From a virus (taxonomy: Duplodnaviria; Caudoviricetes), in IMG/VR virus record IMGVR_UViG_3300023283_000317, positions 1 to 32,375 of that record: a stretch of 32,375 nt of DNA; one strand, written 5' to 3'. Position 1 is the first letter of the stretch; every line of letters begins with the position of its first letter. The notes under the pieces were generated by a model. It worked only from the letters and a program-made list of their open reading frames with translations, did not search any database and had not been told where the DNA came from. Position numbers and translations under genes: made by a program. This document shows positions 8,005-16,167 of the stretch, one piece after another.

Positions 8005-10316
8005 CCAGTGCCGGCGCTCAACCTGTGCAGAGCATCGATCGGTTCGCCTTGCTCGACTGGCTGGAGCCCAACTGCGAGCCCGACCGGGTGGCGCTGCTCT
8101 ATCCCAAGGGAGATCGTGGCTTGTCGCCGGGCTGGGTGATCGGCCGGGCCGACGCGCAGCGCGCGATCGCCGCGTACCGGGCCGGCAAGCTGGCCGAGGA
8201 AACCTTCACCTCGACCACCAAGCACGGCAAGCAGTACCGCATTCACGGCGCGGTGCGTTTGGGTCTGGTCCCGCATCGCAATGATCGGGTGCTAGCGTTC
8301 TGTGTCGACCTCGATGATCACGGCGACGACGGTGGCACGGTTCATCTGGCCCAGGCAATCAGCCGCTTCTTCGGCTGCCAACCTCTGACGTTCACGTCCA
8401 AAGGCGGCAAAGGTCTGCACAGCTTCATGCACCTGGCCGAGCCGATGTCCGCCGAGGCCTTCGTCGAATGGGCACGCGGGTGGGGCTTCAACCGCCAGGG
8501 CCAGCCGGAGATCTTTCCCAAGACCACCAAGAACACTCAGGCGTGGCTGCCGAACGAGCCGAACGATCGCGGTGGCGACTGCTATGTCAGCGGGAGCTTC
8601 GAGTCGTGCAGGATCGCGGCGTTGCCGCCTGCGTCGCCGGTCAAGCTGACCACGAGCACGTTGGATTTCCTGCGGGGGTTCGTCCAGCAGCCCGGCCGCA
8701 ACGAAGCGCTGAACAAGGCGGCGTTCGAACTGGCGCAGAAGCGGGTGTCCCGAACCGAGGCCTGGCGGTTGTGCCGCTTCGGTGCTCGTCTATGCGGACT
8801 GGAAAGTGAAGAACCGGAGCAGACGCAGACCACGTTCGACAGCGGTTACGAGGCGGGCAGTCGCGCGCCCGCATCACCAGCGGCAGACGCACTGCCCGCG
8901 GATGAATCGGAAGTGCTCAAGTTCCGCCGGCTCGACGGCATCGGCAACGGCGAGCGGTTCGTCGACAACTATCGCGGCACGGTGCGCTACAGCTACGAGC
9001 TGGACCGCTGGCTGGTGTGGACCGGCAAGCGGTGGTCGCTCGACGCCCAGGCCCAGGTCGAGGCGATGGCCAAGAAGACCGCCCGCCTGATTCTCAAAGA
9101 GATGCAGCGAGCAATCGACGAGGCCCGCGACGCTGGCAAAGACGATGGCGAGCTTGAGTCGATCGAGAAGGCCTACCGCAAGCACTATCTTTCCGCCGCT
9201 CGCGTACATGGCGTGCGTGACACGCTGAAGATGGCGCAGTCCGAGCCGGGTGTGAAGGTGTCGGTCAACCAGATCGACGCCAACCACATGCTGCTCAATG
9301 TCAGCAACGGCACGATCGACCTTGCGACCGGCCGGATGCATGTTCACCGCCGGCAGGACGGCATCACAAAGATCGGCCGATCACAATACGACCCGCACGC
9401 GCTGTGCCCGCGATGGACGGCGTTCCTACGGCGTATCTTCGACGGTGACGACGAGCTGATCACGTTCATTCAGCGGGCGGTCGGCTATTCACTGACCGGG
9501 CAGGTCAGTGAGCAGTGCCTGTTCTTCCTGTACGGCACCGGGCAGAACGGCAAGTCGGTCTTCATCCAGACGCTGCTGCACATGCTCGGCGAGTACGGCC
9601 AGAAGGCCCCGACCGAGATGATCATGAAGCAGGAGCGGTCCACATCCGGCGGCGCATCGCCGGACATGGCGCGTCTGCGCGGCGTCCGCTTCGCCGTGAC
9701 GGCGGAACTCGAAGAGAACCAGCGCATGGGCGAAGCGCGGGTCAAGGATCTGACCGGTGCCGACCGCATCGTCGCCCGGCCGTTGTACCGCGACCCGATC
9801 GAGTTCGAACCGACCCACAAGCTGTGGATATACGGCAACCACAAGCCGACGATCCGCGGCACCGACGAGGGCATCTGGCGGCGCATCCGGCTGATCCCGT
9901 TCACCGTCACCATCCCCAACGACGAAAAGGACCCGCACCTGGTCGAGAAGCTGCAGGCCGAACGCGACGGCATCCTCGCTTGGGCCGTGGCCGGTTGTCT
10001 GGCGTGGCAGCGTGAGGGGCTGGGCATCCCGGTCGCCGTGGCCGAAGCGACCGAAGCGTATCGCAACGAGAGCGATCGGCTCGGGGCGTTCCTTGAAGAG
10101 TGCTGCATCGTCGAGGAGTACGCGCGGGCCGGCAAGAGCGAGGTGTATGCCGCCTACGAGCAGTGGTGCCGCGATTCGGGTGAGCACGTGGTCAGCAAGA
10201 AGAAGCTGAGCCAGATGCTCAGCGAGCGCGGCTTCAGCGAGGCTCGCACCAAGCACGAGCGCCGGTGGATCGGCCTGGGATTAGCCGGGGGAGGAGGCGC
10301 ATATGGGCACGGGTGA
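8001..10316 (+). CDS. Primase-helicase: AEP prim-pol-like N-terminus plus D5/P4-family SF3 helicase
   Basis: VDLDDH and TSKGGKGLH (AEP motifs), GRNEALNK (PriCT-like), GTGQNGKS, NHKP, GIWRR; TTG 8001 overlaps the recD2 stop with AGGAGG RBS. Confidence 0.88.
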   Translation: MTSAGAQPVQSIDRFALLDWLEPNCEPDRVALLYPKGDRGLSPGWVIGRADAQRAIAAYRAGKLAEETFTSTTKHGKQYRIHGAVRLGLVPHRNDRVLAFCVDLDDHGDDGGTVHLAQAISRFFGCQPLTFTSKGGKGLHSFMHLAEPMSAEAFVEWARGWGFNRQGQPEIFPKTTKNTQAWLPNEPNDRGGDCYVSGSFESCRIAALPPASPVKLTTSTLDFLRGFVQQPGRNEALNKAAFELAQKRVSRTEAWRLCRFGARLCGLESEEPEQTQTTFDSGYEAGSRAPASPAADALPADESEVLKFRRLDGIGNGERFVDNYRGTVRYSYELDRWLVWTGKRWSLDAQAQVEAMAKKTARLILKEMQRAIDEARDAGKDDGELESIEKAYRKHYLSAARVHGVRDTLKMAQSEPGVKVSVNQIDANHMLLNVSNGTIDLATGRMHVHRRQDGITKIGRSQYDPHALCPRWTAFLRRIFDGDDELITFIQRAVGYSLTGQVSEQCLFFLYGTGQNGKSVFIQTLLHMLGEYGQKAPTEMIMKQERSTSGGASPDMARLRGVRFAVTAELEENQRMGEARVKDLTGADRIVARPLYRDPIEFEPTHKLWIYGNHKPTIRGTDEGIWRRIRLIPFTVTIPNDEKDPHLVEKLQAERDGILAWAVAGCLAWQREGLGIPVAVAEATEAYRNESDRLGAFLEECCIVEEYARAGKSEVYAAYEQWCRDSGEHVVSKKKLSQMLSERGFSEARTKHERRWIGLGLAGGGGAYGHG

Positions 10317-10944
10317 CAGATCGGTGACAGATGGTGACGGATCGAAACCCCGATCTGTCACCCCTCAAGCCCCGGAACAAAAGCAGGTTACAAATCCGGT
10401 GACAGATGTGACAGATGCGCCCGGAAAGTCCCATACGCGTGCGCGCGCACACGCGCATGGGAAAGTTACTGAAAACAGCGTCACCATCTGTCATCTGTCA
10501 CCCGAACCCCCGGGAGCCTCCGAAGCCCCTGACGCCGACGCCAAACGCTACGCCATGTGCGACCACGACGACCCGGCGAAGCCGGTCTACAGGCCAGAGG
10601 ACGACGTCTTGGAATTCAAACGATCGGTTCGGTTCGCGGCCATCGACGTGATGATCCTGACCTACGCCGCCCGCCGCCATGCCGAGTGGCTCAGCGAGAT
10701 CGGCGTCTGCCCACCGGATATCGCCAAGCTGATCCGCCAAGACTTGGCATACATAACCAGTGTCCTGGAGCGCGAGCGCCAGGATGTAGCGGCGGCAATG
10801 CCCGCTTCCGCGGGCTTGGGCGACGTTGGCCCACGTTCGCGAGAAGACGTCCGGGCGACCACGCCTACGCCCACACTCTTCGACGCGACACGTGGCGACG
10901 TGGGCCAAACGGAGCCGAGCGAGGTCATAACCGGGAAGGCTTAG
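10303..10944 (+). CDS. Hypothetical protein overlapping the repeat region (doubtful N-terminus)
   Basis: GGAGG RBS and open frame, but the N-terminal VTD repeats simply translate the DNA repeats. Confidence 0.4.
   Translation: MGTGDRSVTDGDGSKPRSVTPQAPEQKQVTNPVTDVTDAPGKSHTRARAHAHGKVTENSVTICHLSPEPPGASEAPDADAKRYAMCDHDDPAKPVYRPEDDVLEFKRSVRFAAIDVMILTYAARRHAEWLSEIGVCPPDIAKLIRQDLAYITSVLERERQDVAAAMPASAGLGDVGPRSREDVRATTPTPTLFDATRGDVGQTEPSEVITGKA
10313..10501. repeat. GTGACAGAT direct and inverted repeats; putative replication origin
   Basis: Forward copies at 10313, 10324, 10334 (1 mismatch), 10387 (2 mismatches), 10399, 10408; reverse at 10353, 10486 (1 mismatch), 10493. Confidence 0.75.
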
Positions 10945-10991
10945 GTACTTGGACGGTTGCGCTCGCTACTGATGGCGGCGGGAACAGTCGC
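10943..10991 (+). other. Candidate lambda-like cos packaging site
   Basis: AGGTACT-N23-TGGCGGCGGGAA with flanking inverted repeat GCTACTG/CAGTCGC. Confidence 0.4.
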
Positions 10992-11036
10992 CTACGTGCT
11001 TTGAGTTGGTTGCAGATAAAAAAGCAAGAGGAATCC

Positions 11037-11378
11037 ATGTCCGCAACAAGCCCCGACACCATGATGGACGCCTCCATCCAGCACCTTGTCATCTGGGCGG
11101 CCGACCACATCGAACGCATCGAGAAGTGGTTGGAGCTCGGCGCACCGGATGCCCGCGAAATCTGGCGTAGCTGGTGCGATACCGAAGAAAAACTCGGGCA
11201 TGCCTATCGCGTTGCCCTGACCCTGCGCGCCACCGAGGTAGTCGCGCTGTGTGAATCCATTCGTTTGCGCGGGTGCACGGAAGCACTCGTGCGCGAGAAC
11301 CCTTTCAAGATCGCGATGGCGATTCGCATCTACTTGCACGGAGGCAATGACCGTGAAGATCACGAAACGAAAGATTGA
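11037..11378 (+). CDS. Hypothetical protein (113 aa)
   Basis: GAGGA RBS before ATG 11037; overlaps next gene by 32 nt; no recognised motif. Confidence 0.45.
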   Translation: MSATSPDTMMDASIQHLVIWAADHIERIEKWLELGAPDAREIWRSWCDTEEKLGHAYRVALTLRATEVVALCESIRLRGCTEALVRENPFKIAMAIRIYLHGGNDREDHETKD

Positions 11379-12717
11379 TGACGTCCGCCCCTACGAGAAC
11401 AACCCGCGTCAGAATGACGACGCGGTCGAGGCGGTCGCCAAGAGCCTGCAGGAATTCGGCTGGCGTCAGCCGATCGTCGTCGATGAAGACGGCGTGATCA
11501 TCGTCGGCCACACCCGCTGGAAGGCGGCGAAAAAGCTCGGCCTGAAGGAGGTGCCCATTCACGTGGCCACCGACCTGCCGCCGGAGAAGGTGCGGGCCTA
11601 CCGCATCGCCGACAACCAGACCTCGACGCTGTCGGAGTGGGATTACGACCTGCTGCCGATCGAACTGACTGCGTTGCAAGACGCCGACTACGACCTGGAC
11701 CTGCTGGGTTTCGGGGAAGACGCCCTGAAATCCATCCTTGCCCCCGCCGGCAACGAGGGTCTGACTGACCCGGACGAGGTGCCCGAACCGCCCGACGATC
11801 CGGTCACCCAGCGTGGCGATATCTGGGTGTTGGGTGACCACCGGCTGATGTGCGGCGACAGCGCAAGCGCCGAAGATCTCGACCGGCTCTTGGACGGCGC
11901 GATCATCGATTTGTTTTCAAGTGACCCGCCTTATAACGTCCGCGTCGAACCGCGCAGCAACAACGCGATCGCCGCCGGGCTGTCGTCGTTCAGCGCCGCG
12001 GGCAAACGCGGCGATGCCATTAAGGCCAGTGACGCGGCGGGCATGCACCACCAGGGCTTTGACCTGGCGCGCCACAAGTCCAAGTCGAAGGCGGCGCACA
12101 AGCAAATGCGCGCCAAGGACCGGCCGTTGGAGAACGACTTCGTCACCGCCGAGGCGTTCGACGAGATGCTGCTGGCGTGGTTCGGCAACGCCGCGCGCGT
12201 GCTCAAGCCTGGCGGCTCGTTCTACATCTGGGGTGGCTACGCGAACCTGGGCAACTACCCCGGCCCGCTGAAAGCGACAGGGTTGTATTTCAGCCAGGGC
12301 ATCGTGTGGGACAAGCAGCACCCGGTGCTGACGCGCAAGGACTTCATGGGCGCGTTCGAGATCTGTTTCTACGGGTGGAAGGAAGGCGCAGGCCACCACT
12401 TCTATGGGCCGAACAACGCGACCGACCTCTGGCACGTCAAGAAGGTCAACCCACAGTCGATGGTGCATCTGACTGAGAAGCCGGTGGAACTGGCGACGCG
12501 CGCAATTGAGTACTCATCGAAGCCGGGCGAGAACGTGCTCGATCTGTTCGGTGGGTCGGGGTCTACGCTGATCGGATGCGAGCAGACGGGCCGGCGGGCG
12601 TTCCTGATGGAACTCGACCAGGCGTACTGCGACGTGATCGTTCAGCGTTGGGAACAGTTCACCGGGCGCAAGGCGGAACGCGCCGCTGGAGTGTTGCCCG
12701 CAGGCGATTCGCAGTGA
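11347..12717 (+). CDS. ParB/Srx N-terminal domain fused to N6-A/N4-C DNA methyltransferase
   Basis: PYENNPR...EFGWRQPIVVD...GHTRWKAA (ParB); DPPY, HLTEKP and LDLFGGSG in beta-class order; GGAGG RBS. Confidence 0.92.
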   Translation: MTVKITKRKIDDVRPYENNPRQNDDAVEAVAKSLQEFGWRQPIVVDEDGVIIVGHTRWKAAKKLGLKEVPIHVATDLPPEKVRAYRIADNQTSTLSEWDYDLLPIELTALQDADYDLDLLGFGEDALKSILAPAGNEGLTDPDEVPEPPDDPVTQRGDIWVLGDHRLMCGDSASAEDLDRLLDGAIIDLFSSDPPYNVRVEPRSNNAIAAGLSSFSAAGKRGDAIKASDAAGMHHQGFDLARHKSKSKAAHKQMRAKDRPLENDFVTAEAFDEMLLAWFGNAARVLKPGGSFYIWGGYANLGNYPGPLKATGLYFSQGIVWDKQHPVLTRKDFMGAFEICFYGWKEGAGHHFYGPNNATDLWHVKKVNPQSMVHLTEKPVELATRAIEYSSKPGENVLDLFGGSGSTLIGCEQTGRRAFLMELDQAYCDVIVQRWEQFTGRKAERAAGVLPAGDSQ

Positions 12718-12723
12718 ATCGAT

Positions 12724-13881
12724 TCACGGCTCGTTGCTGGTGAGTACCTGGAGATACTTATGGTACGCGAACACCCGATCACGCTGCTTGCCGGTAGTTT
12801 CACGCAGAACGCCCACCTCCACCAGGATGCCAACGGCCTTGCGCGCCGTGGGCGCGGTGCTGTTGAGCATCCGGCTTGCTCGCGGCACCGTGACCATCGG
12901 GTGGTCCGGGAGCATGTCCAGCAATTGGATGGCGGCGACCGTCGCTCGGCCGCTTCCCGTCAATCGCCGTCGATCCTTGCCGAGCAAAGCAAACAGCCGT
13001 TGCGCGACATCGACACCGTCTTCGGCGGCCTCCGCAACACAGGTGAGATAGAAGTCGGTCCATCCTTCCCAATCACCATCGGTACGGACCGCGGACAGGC
13101 GGTCGTAGTACTCGCGCTGGTGGCGCTTGAACGCCACGCTCAAGTAAAGCAGCGGCGATTTCAGGATGCCCCAGTGTTCCAGCAGCAGCACGATCAGCAG
13201 CCTGCCGATGCGACCGTTGCCGTCGAGGAACGGGTGGATGGTTTCGAATTGAACATGGGCAAGCCCCACCTTGATCAGCGGCGGCAACGGGTCATCGCTG
13301 TGAACCCATCGTTCGAGCGCAGTCAGCGCGACCGGAACGTCCTCCGGAGGCGGTGGGACAAAACGGGCGGTGCCGGGGCGCGTGCCGCCGATCCAGTTCT
13401 GGCTTTTCCGGACAGCACCCGGTTGCTTATTGCTTCCGCGCACGCCTTTCATCAGGCGCTTGTGGGCTTGGCAGAGCAGTCGCGTGCTCAAGGGCAAGCC
13501 CTTGGGCTTGGCCATCTCCCGGCGCGCGTAGGTCAATGCATCGACGTAGTTGCAGACCTCCTCGACATCCTCGGGATGATCGGCCGCGTCGGTCGCCTCG
13601 AACTCCACAACATCGCGCAGCGTGGCTTGCGTCCCTTCGATCTGCGAGGTCAGGACGGCTTCCTTCCGCACGAAGCCGTAGAGAAACCAGCTCGCGCTCG
13701 GGACGAGGTGGGCGGCGACTTCGAGCCTCGCAAGTGCTGTAAGGGCGTCGGCGCACTTGGCCCCGAGGGTTCCCGAAAGATCGAGCGGAGGCTTGGCGGG
13801 CGGGAGCGGATGGGGCACGAAGGCCTGGACGGACTCACCGGTCGTCGTGCTGGTGCGATATGTCCCTGTTTGGCGCGGCAT
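12724..13881 (-). CDS. fic: Fic-family AMPylase with N-terminal inhibitory motif and C-terminal HTH
   Basis: Canonical HPFLDGNGRIGR; TSQIEG inhibitory motif; C-terminal wHTH-like region. Confidence 0.93.
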   Translation of the reverse strand: MPRQTGTYRTSTTTGESVQAFVPHPLPPAKPPLDLSGTLGAKCADALTALARLEVAAHLVPSASWFLYGFVRKEAVLTSQIEGTQATLRDVVEFEATDAADHPEDVEEVCNYVDALTYARREMAKPKGLPLSTRLLCQAHKRLMKGVRGSNKQPGAVRKSQNWIGGTRPGTARFVPPPPEDVPVALTALERWVHSDDPLPPLIKVGLAHVQFETIHPFLDGNGRIGRLLIVLLLEHWGILKSPLLYLSVAFKRHQREYYDRLSAVRTDGDWEGWTDFYLTCVAEAAEDGVDVAQRLFALLGKDRRRLTGSGRATVAAIQLLDMLPDHPMVTVPRASRMLNSTAPTARKAVGILVEVGVLRETTGKQRDRVFAYHKYLQVLTSNEP

Positions 13882-13883
13882 GG

Positions 13884-13967
13884 CGAGGAAGCAATCCTTT
13901 CCGAGTATCGGACTCTAGCAAACGATCGTTTCCTAGTCCAGCCGGCTGGTAAAGGATCGTTTCTTAG
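13884..13967. promoter_or_regulatory. Three 22-bp imperfect palindromes upstream of fic (putative operators)
   Basis: CGAGGAAGCAATCCTTTCCGAG (13884), CTAGCAAACGATCGTTTCCTAG (13915), CTGGTAAAGGATCGTTTCTTAG (13946). Confidence 0.65.
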
Positions 13968-14046
13968 CCGGTTGCCGGTCCCCGCTTGGGCCGGACAAAA
14001 CCTCGGCCGACGAGACCGAGGTGAAAGAGGTGGTGGAATGATGATC

Positions 14047-14391
14047 TCAGTACGGCAGTTCAGCCAGGAACGTGAACTCGATCATCGCGTCTTCGTAGAG
14101 GCAGTTCGATGCGGGGTAGTTGCGCCGTCCGCGCGTGACCACACACCCTCGCTCCTTCATGAATTCAAGCGCGACGTTGACCTGCGTGAAGGGCAGGTCG
14201 AGCGCCTTGGCCAGCGGGTCGAGCGTAACGCCGTCAGTGGCACGCTCCTCGATCGCATGGGCGACCTCCTCGTACACCTCGCGTGTGCAACGGTGCGTGT
14301 ACGTGCGGTCATCGGGAAAGATCACCTTGCGCTCAAGGACGCCATCGACGACTTCGAAGATCACGTTGCGGTCTCGGTGGCGGGTCGCCAT
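14047..14391 (-). CDS. Hypothetical protein with wHTH-like C-terminus
   Basis: TLDPLAKALDLPFTQVNVALEFMKERGCV; closely coupled to the upstream gene. Confidence 0.7.
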   Translation of the reverse strand: MATRHRDRNVIFEVVDGVLERKVIFPDDRTYTHRCTREVYEEVAHAIEERATDGVTLDPLAKALDLPFTQVNVALEFMKERGCVVTRGRRNYPASNCLYEDAMIEFTFLAELPY

Positions 14392-14394
14392 CGC

Positions 14395-15123
14395 TCACGC
14401 TCCCTTCTTGCCGACGGCGCTGAGCGTGAAGCGACCGCGCTCGACCTTGATGAACCGGGCGTCGTCGCCCTTGTTCTGCGTCTCGCGCAGGATCGCCGAG
14501 TACAACGTGGCCCAAGGCGTGGCGGCTTCGCTCGACCAGAGCTTCTTCGCCGTGACCTGCTCGACGATCTGCTTGCAGTTCATCGGCTCGTCCGCCTCGG
14601 CCAGGACCTGCACGGCCGCGTCGATGAGGCTGAGCTTCTTCGGCTTCTTCTCTTTCGACGAGGCCTTCGCCTTCTTCTTGCCGCGCTTGGCGTCGGCGGC
14701 GCTCTCCGTCATGGCCCGCTCGCTGGCGGTCATGCCGTCGGCGCTGCTGGCCCGCTCGTTTCGGACGCGTGCGTTCTCCTGATCCGCCTTGTGCTTGGCG
14801 AGCAGCGCTTTGCGCTCGGCGGCGGTGAGCTTCTTCTTCGCCCGACTCGTCGGTACCTCAATGCCGTCGGCGAGGTTCCCGTTCTTGATGGCTTTCGCAG
14901 CCTTGGCGTCGCTGTTGTCGCGGTTGGCGGGTGTCGTGCTCGGGGCCTTCGCGGGGCCACGCAGCTTCTGGGCGCTTTTGATCCGAACCTTCCGGTTCGT
15001 CTTGAGGTTGGTCGCATCCCAGCCGCCGCCCCCGGAATGCTCCGCGTCGATGCGGACGGGCACGACCTTGTCCGTGATCTTGGCGCTGTAGACGCCGCCA
15101 ATCTTGACCTGCTGCTTCTTCAT
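14395..15123 (-). CDS. Lys-rich protein with C-terminal HARE-HTH-like winged helix
   Basis: SLIDAAVQVLAEADEPMNCKQIVE...TPWATLYSAILRE...F..VERGRF; AAGGAG RBS. Confidence 0.78.
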   Translation of the reverse strand: MKKQQVKIGGVYSAKITDKVVPVRIDAEHSGGGGWDATNLKTNRKVRIKSAQKLRGPAKAPSTTPANRDNSDAKAAKAIKNGNLADGIEVPTSRAKKKLTAAERKALLAKHKADQENARVRNERASSADGMTASERAMTESAADAKRGKKKAKASSKEKKPKKLSLIDAAVQVLAEADEPMNCKQIVEQVTAKKLWSSEAATPWATLYSAILRETQNKGDDARFIKVERGRFTLSAVGKKGA

Positions 15124-15168
15124 GATGCTGCTCCTTGTGAAAGGGAATGGAAAGAAAAAGAGCCGGGC

Positions 15169-15531
15169 TCACAGTCCCAGCTCTTCGCACAGTGCGTTGT
15201 ATTGGTCGGTCCCGAGCATCTCGACGAGCTGCTCGATGAACCATTGAATCTGCCGATCAACCTCGGGGTTGTTGGTGCTGGCCGGTTGCAGCCAGGCAGC
15301 GATCGCGGCGACGGCCTCGGGGCTGAATTGCTCGCGGATGGCGTCGAACAGTTCGCCCTCGTCGTTCTCCGGTACGGTGGCGCGGCCCGCTTCGTATGCC
15401 GCCGCCAGGGCGGCCTCGACGCCCCATACGCTGACTTCGTGGAAGTCGAGGCTGTCGCTCTTACGTTCTTCGAGCGTCTTGATGCCCAGGTGCTTGCGGG
15501 CAATGGTCATGATCTGGTCTTGCTTGGTCAC
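15169..15531 (-). CDS. DUF6900-like protein
   Basis: IARKHLGIKTLEERKSDSLDFHEVSVWGVEAALAAAYEAG; AAGGAG RBS before GTG start. Confidence 0.75.
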   Translation of the reverse strand: MTKQDQIMTIARKHLGIKTLEERKSDSLDFHEVSVWGVEAALAAAYEAGRATVPENDEGELFDAIREQFSPEAVAAIAAWLQPASTNNPEVDRQIQWFIEQLVEMLGTDQYNALCEELGL

Positions 15532-15564
15532 GGTGATCTCCTTGTGGGTTCGTGGTTGGGTGGT

Positions 15565-15831
15565 TCAGTCCTGAAAGCGCTGCATCTCTCGGAACAGGTC
15601 GTGGATCATGCTGTTGGTGCCGCGCACGCCGTCGCAGCGGTGCTGTACTTCCTCCGCGACCTTGAACAGCTCGTCGTCGCTGATGCGGGCGGGCAGTTCC
15701 CATGTCTTCCACACCTGCTCCTTCTTTGGCTCGCGAAGGATGCTGTCGATGCGGATGGTGGTGCTGCCGGGCTTGCGTTCGATGCTGACGTGGCCGGCGC
15801 TGCCTTCGAGTTCGATTCGCGTGGTTCGCAT
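15565..15831 (-). CDS. Hypothetical protein (88 aa)
   Basis: AAGGAG RBS before ATG 15831; first gene of the minus-strand block. Confidence 0.7.
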   Translation of the reverse strand: MRTTRIELEGSAGHVSIERKPGSTTIRIDSILREPKKEQVWKTWELPARISDDELFKVAEEVQHRCDGVRGTNSMIHDLFREMQRFQD

Positions 15832-15867
15832 GGCGCATCTCCTTGTTGTGGCTCGCGTTACACACAC

Positions 15868-15896
15868 ATTGAGCCATGATTTCGCGCCCGCATCAA
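15868..15896 (-). promoter_or_regulatory. Sigma70-like promoter of the minus-strand accessory operon
   Basis: TTGATG-N17-CTCAAT with TGn extension. Confidence 0.4.
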
Positions 15897-15939
15897 GCGC
15901 TTAAGGCCAGCATTTGCAGTTATTTACGAGATTCCTGAA

Positions 15940-16167
15940 ATGGCCCGCCGCGACACGCAAAACCCGGTCCAGTCCGCCGAATCCGGCCAAGCTTTCGACC
16001 CGTCTGCGCTATCTATGCCGGTGGCGGCGAAGGTGCTCGGCCTGCCCGAGGCGACCCTGCGTAAGCATGTCGACGAGGGTCTGCCGCTGAACGCGGACGG
16101 GTCGCTGAATCTGGTGACCTATGCCGCCTGGCTGAACGGAACGGACGAGGGAAGCGATGGCGATTGA
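15940..16167 (+). CDS. Small HTH protein, putative terminase small subunit (Nu1-like)
   Basis: AAKVLGLPEATLRKHVDEGLP...LNLVTYAAWL; overlaps the terminase large subunit start. Confidence 0.65.
   Translation: MARRDTQNPVQSAESGQAFDPSALSMPVAAKVLGLPEATLRKHVDEGLPLNADGSLNLVTYAAWLNGTDEGSDGD

Noticed and set aside
10313-10501. Repeats as a CRISPR array or DGR
   Set aside because: 9-bp units with irregular spacing and both orientations; no reverse transcriptase in the window
12760-15879. 1039-aa plus-strand ORF
   Set aside because: Antisense shadow of five well-supported minus-strand genes; no motifs; long open frames are common at high GC
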